Below are positions 30,710-39,716 of a stretch of DNA of 61,999 bases, piece after piece. Both the position numbers and the translations under genes were made by a program. Each line of letters starts with the position of its first letter. Within the stretch, counting starts at the first letter, position 1. Source of the stretch: Promethearchaeota archaeon (GTDB taxonomy: Archaea > Asgardarchaeota > Lokiarchaeia > Sigyniarchaeales > SOKP01); NCBI GenBank assembly GCA_019058365.1, contig JAHPZE010000027.1:1-61999 (forward strand), given 5' to 3'. The notes beneath the pieces are model-generated. The model was not told where the DNA came from. It saw only the letters and a list, made by a program, of their open reading frames with translations, and made no database searches.

Positions 30710-30926
30710 TTTTTTTTATTTCGATTTATTTTTCTAGATTTTTTATGGAAAATTCTCCTAATTTCTACATTTTAGATTTTCCTAACTTACCTTGAATTAA
30801 AAGAAGTATGAAATTTCCAAAAGATTATAGTAAAAATTATAAATTCATAGACATTTACAAATAACATCTATTAAAAATTATTTAAAATTATTTTAGATAA
30901 AAATTACAATTTATGAATGATTTATA

Positions 30927-32263
30927 ATGAGTTCGAAACTAAAAGAACATTTGAATTTAGTGATAATAGGGCACATCGATCATGGAAAGATTTAGTTTAA
31001 ATAAAACTCAATCCCATAGAATCAACCATGATGGGCGCTATGCTTATTGAAACAGGCGCAGTTACAGATAGAGAAGCTCGTGAATTAGACAAACTCGCAA
31101 AAGAATACGATAGAGATTCTTGGTCTTATGCCTTTGTTTTTGACAGATTAAAAGAGGAGAGACAGCGTGGCATCACAATTGACTTAGCATTTAGAAAATT
31201 TGAGACTAAAACAAAGTATTTCACTATCATTGATGCACCTGGCCATGCTGACTTCGTAAAAAATATGATTACTGGTGCAAGCCAAGCTGATGCTGCTATC
31301 TTAGTAGTATCTGGGAAGAAAGGTGAAATGGAAGTTGGGATCGCAGCTAATGGACAAACTCGTGAACATGCTTATTTAGCTCAAACATTAGGTGTAAAAC
31401 AACTAGTCGTTGCTATCAATAAAGCAGATGTTTATGAGTATTCTGAGGCAAGATTTAATGAATGTAAGGAAGCAGTTGGAGATCTTCTAAAAAACATAGG
31501 ATTTAAGCTCAAGGATGTACCCTTTGTCCCTACTTCTGGCATGCAAATGGAAAATCTTTCAAAGAAAAGCGATAAAATGCCATGGTATAATGGTCCAACC
31601 TTGATTGAAGCTATTGATCAATTTGTCCTTCCTGAAAAACCAACTGGTAAACCTTTGAGACTACCCATCCAAGATTGCTATAAAATTAAGGGAACTGGTG
31701 TAGTCCCCGTTGGTAGAGTAGAGACTGGAATATTAAAGAAAGGAGATAAAATTATTATTATGCCCACTGGATTTCAAGGTGAAATCCGAAGTATCGAAAT
31801 GCATCATGAAGAAATTCCACAAGCTATCCCTGGAGATAACGTAGGATTTAGTATTAGGGGCATTACATTGGCAGATGCAAGTAGAGGAGATTGTTTAGGA
31901 CATCCTAGTGATCCACCAACTGTAGTTACTCCAAAAGGAAAATGGACGGGACAGATTATTGTTATTTGGCATCCTACAGCAATAGCCCAAGGTTACACTC
32001 CGGTAATTCATGCACATACAGCACAAGTAGCTGCAAAGTTTACGAGTTTAGTTAAAAAATTAGATCAGAAAACTGGGGCTGTAATTGAAGACTCACCTAA
32101 GTTTCTTAAAAAGAATGAAGCTGCCATCGTAGAGCTATCTCCGATTAAGAAAATGTGTCTTGAAAAGTATGAAGTAATTCCAGAAATGGGCCGATTCGCA
32201 GTACGCGATATGGGTCGTACCGTATGTGTAGGGATTGTGAAGGACATAGTTACAGGCGCATAA
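30927..32263 (+). CDS. tuf: Elongation factor 1-alpha, two exons 30927-30987 and 31020-32263 (434 aa after removing the 32-nt insert)
   Basis: Exon 1 MSSKLKEHLNLVIIGHIDHG(K); exon 2 STMMG..ERQRGITID, DAPGHADF, NKAD, GRFAVRDMGRTV. Confidence 0.97.
30988..31019 (+). other. Putative 32-nt BHB-type intron in EF-1alpha mRNA
   Basis: AGATTTAGTTTAAATAAAACTCAATCCCATAG; central helix ATGG(30982-85)/CCAT(31014-17); bulges AAA(30986-88) and AGA(31018-20); intron stem GATT/AATC + AGTTT/AAACT; removal gives GGA A|AA TCA ACC (G-K-S-T). Confidence 0.88.
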
Positions 32264-32480
32264 TTCGTCTATAGTTTTTGATTTTTTTTCATTATAATTT
32301 ATATCCTTATTTATTTTTTTAAATACTCTATTTTTATTTAGAATCAATTTAATTCAAAACTAAAATTTCCTTTATATTCTATTAGGATATTCCCATGATA
32401 CACGAATAATATTTTCTTTTTTGAAGTTTAATTTGCCTTTTCTACTTAAGAAGGTTCTATTTAGAAAAGGTTGATTTAAA

Positions 32481-32954
32481 GTTCTTTCGACTAAAACAAA
32501 AATTTGTGTATTAGGGTTGAGCAGTGTTGGAAAATCATCACTCTTAAGTTTACTCCAAGGTCGTGAAATAACGAAAGAAACAAATCCAACGGTAGGATTA
32601 GAAATCGAAGATTCAATTCTTAATGGGAAAAAGGTTAATATATGGGATTTTGGAGGACAAGAACGGTTTAGATTCATGTGGGAGGATTTTCTGAGAGGAG
32701 CAGGCTTAACTGTTTTTGTATGTGATTCTACAGAAGATAACATAACAAAAACAAAAGAAATTTACAATAAATTTTCACGTTATATGAATACAAAAATTAT
32801 TGCCATAGCAAATAAACAAGATCTTCCTAGTGCCTTAAGTGCAAAGAAAGTTCAAAAGAAGTTAGGTATTCAAACATATGGAATGTCTGCAATAAGGGCA
32901 GATTTACGAGATAGAATTCGTGAAATTTTAGAATATGAAATTGAAACAGAGTAA
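32481..32954 (+). CDS. Small Arf/Rab-like GTPase (eukaryotic signature protein type); start uncertain
   Basis: KICVLGLSSVGKS (G1, begins upstream of the track start 32517), PTVG, WDFGGQERFR, NKQD, MSA. Confidence 0.88.
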   Translation, partial: VLSTKTKICVLGLSSVGKSSLLSLLQGREITKETNPTVGLEIEDSILNGKKVNIWDFGGQERFRFMWEDFLRGAGLTVFVCDSTEDNITKTKEIYNKFSRYMNTKIIAIANKQDLPSALSAKKVQKKLGIQTYGMSAIRADLRDRIREILEYEIETE

Positions 32955-32970
32955 AAAGAAATTTAAAATC

Positions 32971-33531
32971 TTAAAATAATTTTCCAATTAAATGTGCTAA
33001 TCTTACAGATTCCGGCAATTTGGAATCTATACAGATTTTTTTTAAGAGAGATTCCACTTCCTTAACTTCAATACCTTTACAATGAAAATATAATTTTGAC
33101 ATTCCCCCTGCAGTATCAATCTCCGTTTCATATAAATTTCCCGCACCAATAATATATTTCAATTTGTTTTTATAGGTATTTGGGAATTTATTGATAAGAG
33201 CTTTCTTTACAGAGTCAAAATCTACTTCTCTCTCAGTTATAGCAATAATAGGTTTATAGATTTCTGAATAGATTTTATCTAAATTTACTAAATTAAATCC
33301 ACCAAAAGTTATTGAATGAGTGATAACATATTGTACTTGCTGTTCGTTTTCTTTAACTAATTTTATCAATTTTTCAGTAGCATCCTCACCATCTATCATG
33401 ATTTTATCTCGAATAACACCTACCATTCTTGTTCCTTGACAAATGACCCCAATTAATTGGGTATGCTTTATCTCTGAGTGTAATTCAAAAACAGCATCAT
33501 CAAATCCAATTGTTATAGGGTTATCTTTCAT
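32971..33531 (-). CDS. DUF99 / endonuclease V-like family protein
   Basis: IGFDDA, DGEDAT, SITFGGFNLV, KLPESVRLAH. Confidence 0.85.
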   Translation of the reverse strand: MKDNPITIGFDDAVFELHSEIKHTQLIGVICQGTRMVGVIRDKIMIDGEDATEKLIKLVKENEQQVQYVITHSITFGGFNLVNLDKIYSEIYKPIIAITEREVDFDSVKKALINKFPNTYKNKLKYIIGAGNLYETEIDTAGGMSKLYFHCKGIEVKEVESLLKKICIDSKLPESVRLAHLIGKLF

Positions 33532-33535
33532 TTTT

Positions 33536-33988
33536 TTATTTTTCTGGTAAAAATTTTTTAATATAATTTAGAAGATTAGTAAATGCAATAGTTGCATTTT
33601 TAATTTCTTCGTTTCTATTGTATAAATCTCCAGAAAGATTATCTGCTAAAAAATCAACCAACTCTTTTAAAGTCATTTTATTACTAAACCATACATAAGC
33701 TACTAGTGCTTCAACAGTATCCGCAAGATCATGAGCATCAGCTCTAGTTTTTGCGAAAATTTTCATATTTGCATTTTTTAAAGCTGTTTCTAAGATAGTT
33801 TTACTTACTTTTTTACCTGTTCTAATAATTTTTTCATTAAGATTATTTTTCGTTAAAAAAATAGATTTTGCAACGGAATAAGCTAAGTTTACGATACCAT
33901 CTCCAATTTTAGCTAAACCTTTATCGGTTCCGATAATTTTTTGTGATTTATTAAGATTTAAATCTGAAATTAAAAACTCGTAATCCAT
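33536..33988 (-). CDS. Archaeal RNase III-like domain protein
   Basis: GLAKIGDGIVNLAYS, ADTVEALVAYVW; typical neighbour of rpoL/DUF99. Confidence 0.8.
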   Translation of the reverse strand: MDYEFLISDLNLNKSQKIIGTDKGLAKIGDGIVNLAYSVAKSIFLTKNNLNEKIIRTGKKVSKTILETALKNANMKIFAKTRADAHDLADTVEALVAYVWFSNKMTLKELVDFLADNLSGDLYNRNEEIKNATIAFTNLLNYIKKFLPEK

Positions 33989-34042
33989 TAAGATAAGTTG
34001 AATTAAGGCTTCTTATAAAGTTTTATAAAAAAGAGAATAATC

Positions 34043-34537
34043 TTAGGTTAGGTTTTTGAATAATTTTTGAACTTTTACTACTTCTTCTCTTAATAATTCA
34101 ATTCCTTTATGCAAAATATCTTTAATTTTGTAATCTTTTTCAAGACGGATGTATATAGTTGCGGGTTCTAATTTAGTATATTTGTATGCCGCTATATTAA
34201 CACCCTCAATAGTTAATAAATGCTTTACAAGTATATTGCATAATCCATGTGATTGACCTTCAATAAATAATTCATAATCATTTATACCCCGTCCTTTTTT
34301 TATTTCGACGTTGAGATATTTATAGTTGGGAAATCGAGCTTCTTCTTCAAGTTCAAACTCAAATTCTTCCTCTTCTATAGGTTCTTCAAGCGATATGGGT
34401 TTTGTTTCTGTTTCACTTTTTTCTTTTAATTTAGGATAGATGCTCTCAATTTCATCATCTTCTAAAAAATCATCCACAAAATCATCGATTTCATCTTCAT
34501 CTTTTTCTTCTGTTTTGACCGCTTTTTTTTTTGCCAT
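34043..34537 (-). CDS. rpo11: RNA polymerase subunit Rpo11 (L) with long acidic N-terminal extension
   Basis: IEGQSHGLCNILVKHL...GVNIAAY core; context csl4-rpoL. Confidence 0.8.
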   Translation of the reverse strand: MAKKKAVKTEEKDEDEIDDFVDDFLEDDEIESIYPKLKEKSETETKPISLEEPIEEEEFEFELEEEARFPNYKYLNVEIKKGRGINDYELFIEGQSHGLCNILVKHLLTIEGVNIAAYKYTKLEPATIYIRLEKDYKIKDILHKGIELLREEVVKVQKLFKNLT

Positions 34538-34631
34538 TATTATTACTCTTACTGCAAAGGATTTGATAACTTTAATAAAGAATATACAAAATATAATAAA
34601 TTTTTTATGGTTTTATAAAAAAACTGATTTT

Positions 34632-34850
34632 TTACAAATACTGATTTGCTAAATCTTTTAATCTTTCAGATGCTAATTGCTGAAGGTCTTTTGAGCCGAA
34701 AAGTGTGACTTTTATGCTTTTTCCTTCAACAGAGACATTTAAATCAAGATAATTCACTTTTTTCTGAATACTTTCAAGAAATTTAACTATATTTTCCAGT
34801 GAACCACTATTATTATAGAAATGAATTATTTTTTTCGCGATTTTTTTCAC
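34632..34850 (-). CDS. Small hypothetical protein (possibly DUF2067-like)
   Basis: 72 aa ORF between csl4 and rpo11. Confidence 0.55.
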   Translation of the reverse strand: MKKIAKKIIHFYNNSGSLENIVKFLESIQKKVNYLDLNVSVEGKSIKVTLFGSKDLQQLASERLKDLANQYL

Positions 34851-34887
34851 TAATAAACACTTAAATTTGTCTAAATAAAAAACACTT

Positions 34888-35499
34888 TTAAAATCTTAGA
34901 TTATTAGTTACATTTCCATAATCATTGGCGAGTTTTCTACTCTCCACGTTTCCACACCGTTCACATTTTAATTTATTATATCCTATTTTTGTGAGGGAAT
35001 TTCCACAGATTACACAATCTGCATAAATCACACCAAGAGTTTTTCCAGTAGTGCTTAATTTATATTCATTATACTCTTGTTCTACAACACGAGCGCGAAC
35101 GATGTCTGTTATTTGAAAAGCATCATGTATCTTTTCAACATACTTGTCTGAAATCTGTGATACATGGATGTTTCCAAAATAATTTGAATTAAAATGAATT
35201 TTTTTATTTATTGTATAAAAACTAATCCCGACGGAATAGAGACGTAAAAAAAGAATAACTCCAATAACAGTATCTCCAATTTTAACAACTTTACGATCTT
35301 TTTCTTGATGAGTGCTTATTTCAATTTTCTTTTCTTTGTTATTAACAGTAATCAAACCAGTTTTGGTTGCAAAAATTTTTCCATCTTTAATAAATGTAGA
35401 TTGTTTATCAGGGAGGAATTCCTCCACCACTCCGAGATATTGACCAGTTAAGACAATATCTTCATCATCAAAAGATTTTTTACTCAATAATATCAACAA
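34888..35499 (-). CDS. csl4: Exosome RNA-binding protein Csl4
   Basis: VLTGQYLGVVEEF, S1 domain IHVSQISDKYV, DIVRARV, C-x2-C..C-x2-C ESRKLA ribbon. Confidence 0.93.
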   Translation of the reverse strand: MLILLSKKSFDDEDIVLTGQYLGVVEEFLPDKQSTFIKDGKIFATKTGLITVNNKEKKIEISTHQEKDRKVVKIGDTVIGVILFLRLYSVGISFYTINKKIHFNSNYFGNIHVSQISDKYVEKIHDAFQITDIVRARVVEQEYNEYKLSTTGKTLGVIYADCVICGNSLTKIGYNKLKCERCGNVESRKLANDYGNVTNNLRF

Positions 35500-35601
35500 T
35501 AGTTTTTTAATTTCTCAAACTCTTTCTAACTTAAATATATATTATTAAAAAAGATAAATAAATTTAATGTATTAATTTTAAAAGAGTAAACATTTTTTCG
35601 G

Positions 35602-36246
35602 ATGAAATTTAACAAAAAAAATTTGATTTCTGTAATTCAAGGCACCGAATCATATAATAATCCTAAAATCGAATTAGAACAATATTGTATCGATGCATCT
35701 AGTGCAGTGGACATTATTTATTATGCAGGATTTGAATATAATGATATCAGTAATGCATTTATTATTGATTTAGGTGCCGGAACAGGAAGATTATCCATTG
35801 CAAGTGCCTTTTTCAATGCTAGTTATGTTTTAAGTGTTGATATTGATATAAAAGCGTTAAAAATTTTAAAAAAAAATGTCCTTACTCTTAATTTGAATCA
35901 GATTGTTTTTCCTATATGTGCTGATATTGAATACTTCGAAATTTCACCCAAAAACCTACCCAAGAGAATGAAAGTAACAACAATAATGAATCCTCCATTT
36001 GGAGTACAAACTAAATTTGCAGATAGACCTTTTTTGGATAGAGCCTTTAATTTTTCAGATATTGTATATTCCATTCATCTAGCAAATGAGAAAATTCAAA
36101 ATTTTATTTCAGATTACATCAAGAAATATCATTGGAAAATAGATAATATAATTCCCTTCAGCATGGTTCTAGAAAGAAGCTTTCCTTTTCACAGTCAAAA
36201 GACTAAAAAGATCAATGTTCATGTGTATAGATTTATTAAAAAATAA
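35602..36246 (+). CDS. METTL5-family N6-adenine RNA methyltransferase
   Basis: PKIELEQY, DLGAGTG, VDID, MNPPFG, VYSIH, FPFH. Confidence 0.9.
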   Translation: MKFNKKNLISVIQGTESYNNPKIELEQYCIDASSAVDIIYYAGFEYNDISNAFIIDLGAGTGRLSIASAFFNASYVLSVDIDIKALKILKKNVLTLNLNQIVFPICADIEYFEISPKNLPKRMKVTTIMNPPFGVQTKFADRPFLDRAFNFSDIVYSIHLANEKIQNFISDYIKKYHWKIDNIIPFSMVLERSFPFHSQKTKKINVHVYRFIKK

Positions 36247-36269
36247 TAAAAGAAATTGAAAAATTAGAA

Positions 36270-37574
36270 TTAGATAAAGTTTTTCCACGAATCTAAATTT
36301 ATAGGATATTTGGCATTATCTCCTAAAATCTCTTCAATTCTGAGTAGCTGATTGAACTTACAAACTCGATCTGATCTACATGTAGCACCAGTCTTAAGTT
36401 GACCTGTACATAACCCAACAGCTAAGTCTGCGATAAAAGTATCTTCTGTCTCACCAGAACGATGCGAAACCATAACATTAAAACCATTATTAAATGCCAT
36501 TTTAGCAGCTTTAATAGCTTCAGTCAAAGAACCGATTTGATTCACCTTTAACAATAAAGCATTTCCTGCTTTTTCATTTATAGCTTTTTGAAGAATTTTA
36601 ATATTTGTTACTGTCAGATCATCATCAACAATTTGAATAGATTTATCAACTTTAGCAGATAAATTCGAAAAGTTCCGAAAATCTTTTTCATCAAATGGGT
36701 CCTCAATGGATTTGAAAGGATATTCATGGATTAGATCCATATAATATTCTAATAACTCTTCTTCAGATAGCTTTTTGCCATCAATGTTATAAGACCCATC
36801 TTCAAAAAATTCACTCGCAGCAGCATCCATCCCCAATACAAAGTCTGTACCTACAAGAAATCCTGCGGTTTCAATTGCTTCAATTATTATTTCCACCGCT
36901 TCAGAGGTTAAAGATAAATTTGGAGCAAATCCTCCCTCATCACCCACATTTATTGCAGAAGGACCATATTTCTTTCTTAGCAATGTCTTTAATGTTTGAT
37001 ATACTTCAGCAACATTTTGTATTGCTTGAGAAAAAGAATTAGCACCTACGGGTAAGACCATAAATTCTTGGATTGATAAATTGTTCCCTGCATGCTCCCC
37101 TCCATTTATGATGTTACAGCAAGGAAGAGGAAGTAAATAATCTTCTCTAGTTTTATTATATGCTAAATTATAGAGATGTTCAAACAAGGGGACTTCAGAT
37201 AATTGAGAAGCTAATTTTGCTACTGCTAATGAAACAGATAAAATTGCATTAGCGCCTAAATTACTTTTATTTTCTGTACCATCAATAGAAATCATTTCTT
37301 CATCTATTTTTGTCTGTTCTCTCACATCAAATCCTAATAATTTTTTTCCCAATATTTCGTTTACATTAGCTACAGCTTTTAATACATGTTTTCCCATGAA
37401 TGCTTTTCCACCATCTCGTAGTTCAAGTGCCTCTAAAACACCTGTTGATGCGCCAGAAGGAACAGCTGCTCTGGAATAGCTTTTTCCCGCAAATACATCA
37501 GATTCAACAGTAGGGTTTCCTCTTGAATCTAAAATCCATCTAGATTTTATTTTAGTAATTTTATAATCAGTCAT
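36270..37574 (-). CDS. eno: Enolase
   Basis: ILDSRGNPTVE, VPSGASTG, GDEGGFAP, LLKVNQIG, SHRSGETED. Confidence 0.98.
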   Translation of the reverse strand: MTDYKITKIKSRWILDSRGNPTVESDVFAGKSYSRAAVPSGASTGVLEALELRDGGKAFMGKHVLKAVANVNEILGKKLLGFDVREQTKIDEEMISIDGTENKSNLGANAILSVSLAVAKLASQLSEVPLFEHLYNLAYNKTREDYLLPLPCCNIINGGEHAGNNLSIQEFMVLPVGANSFSQAIQNVAEVYQTLKTLLRKKYGPSAINVGDEGGFAPNLSLTSEAVEIIIEAIETAGFLVGTDFVLGMDAAASEFFEDGSYNIDGKKLSEEELLEYYMDLIHEYPFKSIEDPFDEKDFRNFSNLSAKVDKSIQIVDDDLTVTNIKILQKAINEKAGNALLLKVNQIGSLTEAIKAAKMAFNNGFNVMVSHRSGETEDTFIADLAVGLCTGQLKTGATCRSDRVCKFNQLLRIEEILGDNAKYPINLDSWKNFI

Positions 37575-37675
37575 ATAAATCTTAATCTTTTTTATTAGAT
37601 ATGAATATTAATAAAGAATTAAGAAAATTTAATTCTTAATATAATTATTTAAAATTCAAATCACATCTAAAAAAT

Positions 37676-38647
37676 ATGCCTTTTGAGAATAGACCTTGGG
37701 TGGAGAAATATCGACCAAGGGTATTAGCTGAAGTTGTGAATCAGAATGGAATTATAGGACGTTTAAAACAATTTGTAAACGATAAATCTATGCCTCATCT
37801 CATCTTCGCGGGTCCCGCAGGAACAGGAAAAACAACTTCAGCGTTAGCAATGGTTAGAGAATTATACGGGCGAAATATGGTGGTTAATAGAACATATTTA
37901 GAATTAAATGCTAGTGATGCTAGGGGTATTGATGTTATTCGAACATATATAAAAGATTTTGCAAAAGCACGCCCTCCCATAGATGTTCACTTCAAGGTAT
38001 TGATTTTAGATGAAGCTGATAATATGACGGCACCTGCTCAACAAGCTTTAAGGAGAACTATGGAAAAATATACTAAAAACTGTAGAATGATTTTAATTTG
38101 CAATTATTCTAATAAGATAATCCCTCCAATTCAATCAAGGTGTGTAGTATTTAGATTTGCTTTTTTAAATAGTGATGATATAAAAAGTAGAGTAAAATAT
38201 GTAGCACAGCAAGAGGATATTGGTTTAACTCCTGGAGGATTAAACGCAATAGTAGATGTTTCTCGTGGGGATTGTAGAAGAGCGATCAATTATTTACAAT
38301 CATGTGGCACAATATCAAAAAAAATTGATCAAGAGATTGTTTTTCGCGTTGCTGGAGAAGTTCCTCCTGACAAGATAAAAGATGTTTTAAATACGGCAAT
38401 TAAAGGTCAATTGCAATTATCTATCAAGCTTTTAGATAACTTAATTATAGAATATGGCCTTTCTGGGCAAAACATTATTAAGAATTTGCATCGAGAGATC
38501 TATGATCTTAAAGTTCCTGAAGAATTTAAAATTGAATTATCGAAATTATTAGCTGAATTTGAATATAGATTAAGCCAAGGGGGAACAGAGATAATTCAGC
38601 TTCAAGCTTTGCTAGCTAAAATAGTTTTGTTGCAAAGCTCTGAATAA
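37676..38647 (+). CDS. rfcS: Replication factor C small subunit
   Basis: PWVEKYRP, GPAGTGKT, ELNASD, LDEAD, ALRRTME, IQSRC. Confidence 0.97.
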   Translation: MPFENRPWVEKYRPRVLAEVVNQNGIIGRLKQFVNDKSMPHLIFAGPAGTGKTTSALAMVRELYGRNMVVNRTYLELNASDARGIDVIRTYIKDFAKARPPIDVHFKVLILDEADNMTAPAQQALRRTMEKYTKNCRMILICNYSNKIIPPIQSRCVVFRFAFLNSDDIKSRVKYVAQQEDIGLTPGGLNAIVDVSRGDCRRAINYLQSCGTISKKIDQEIVFRVAGEVPPDKIKDVLNTAIKGQLQLSIKLLDNLIIEYGLSGQNIIKNLHREIYDLKVPEEFKIELSKLLAEFEYRLSQGGTEIIQLQALLAKIVLLQSSE

Positions 38648-38886
38648 CTGATGTCTGAGTCCAAAATTAATCTTTTTTGATAGAAAAGAATTATTTATTC
38701 TTTCTTTAGCTTTTGGATCTTCTATAAACTTAATTTTATCATCAAATCTTACATCCCATAAAATTAATCCACTATGATCTGCCGTTTGATAGGAAATTAC
38801 TTATGATTTATCAAACAGATTTAAGAAATCATCATATTGAACTATAATCGTTCCTAATTCTAAAATCTTTTTAATAATTCGTCTGA
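38593..38886 (+). repeat. Left copy of 294-bp diverged direct repeat (rfcS 3' end + truA 3' end)
   Basis: Colinear with 44237-44530; shared exact core TTGTTGCAAAGCTCTGAATAACTGATGTCTGAGTCCAAAAT. Confidence 0.9.
38612..38885 (-). pseudogene. truA C-terminal remnant with internal stop
   Basis: RRIIKKILELG..LFDKS*VISYQTAD..GLILWDVRFDD..FGLRHQLFRALQQ matches the end of truA (44256-45101). Confidence 0.85.
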
Positions 38887-39716
38887 ATGCTTTATTGCAC
38901 TACTTTTCTATGCAAGAGTGGTCTAAAACTAATGATAAATACTGGCATTAATAAGATAGTATATAAAGAAGGTTATAGTATGGAAAATTAGTAAAAGAAA
39001 AAATTATCAAAATATCTGATTTAATAATTGACCCTTTTTCTTATGTACATAATTTAAAGGGATAAAAAAGACTTTTTGCTATAGGACAAAAATTTATTTC
39101 TAAGAATTCGAATATCTATGTGATTTTTCAAATTCTTCTCAAAATATGCAAATTACTTTTTTACTTCTTTATATACTCCATTTAATTTCTATATAAAATA
39201 GCCCCACTGTGAAAATAAATATTTTTCAAAGTTACCTAGAAATATAATCGGTTTTTAAAAAAATTTAATAATCTATTTACATCAGCCAGTCACTATTCTT
39301 TCCAGTAAAGTCAATTATATTATAAAATTGTTGGAATTGATCTTAATTTAAAGAATATTCTCTTCTGCTTAATACAGAAAAATTTAATTTTGAGTTCTGA
39401 ATTTTTTACCTACCTTTCTATTACTTCAGAACTATTGTAGCTTTGTTTATAGGAGCCATCCTTTCGAATTTCTATAATAAGATGAAAAAACATGTAATAA
39501 AATAGAGTTAGACTTTAATCATTATTAGCGAGTTATTTTAAGAAAGGAGGAATGCAAGTCCGATTTACTATTCGTGATGCTAAAATATTAAACGATTTGA
39601 AAGGCCATTTTGAAAAATTCATTGCTTTAATGGGAAAAATTAGTGTATACATTGTGTATGAAAAAGATTTAGTCTAATTTATAAATGCAGAAATAAAATA
39701 AAGAGCCGAAATAAAT

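Noticed and set aside
31005-31019. EF-1alpha insert ends in ..CATAG like a spliceosomal 3' splice site
   Set aside because: There is no GT/GC at any frame-restoring 5' boundary, so this is probably coincidence.
32372-32743. 123-aa minus-strand ORF and the other short antisense/overlapping ORFs in the track
   Set aside because: Shadow ORFs opposite or within well-supported genes.
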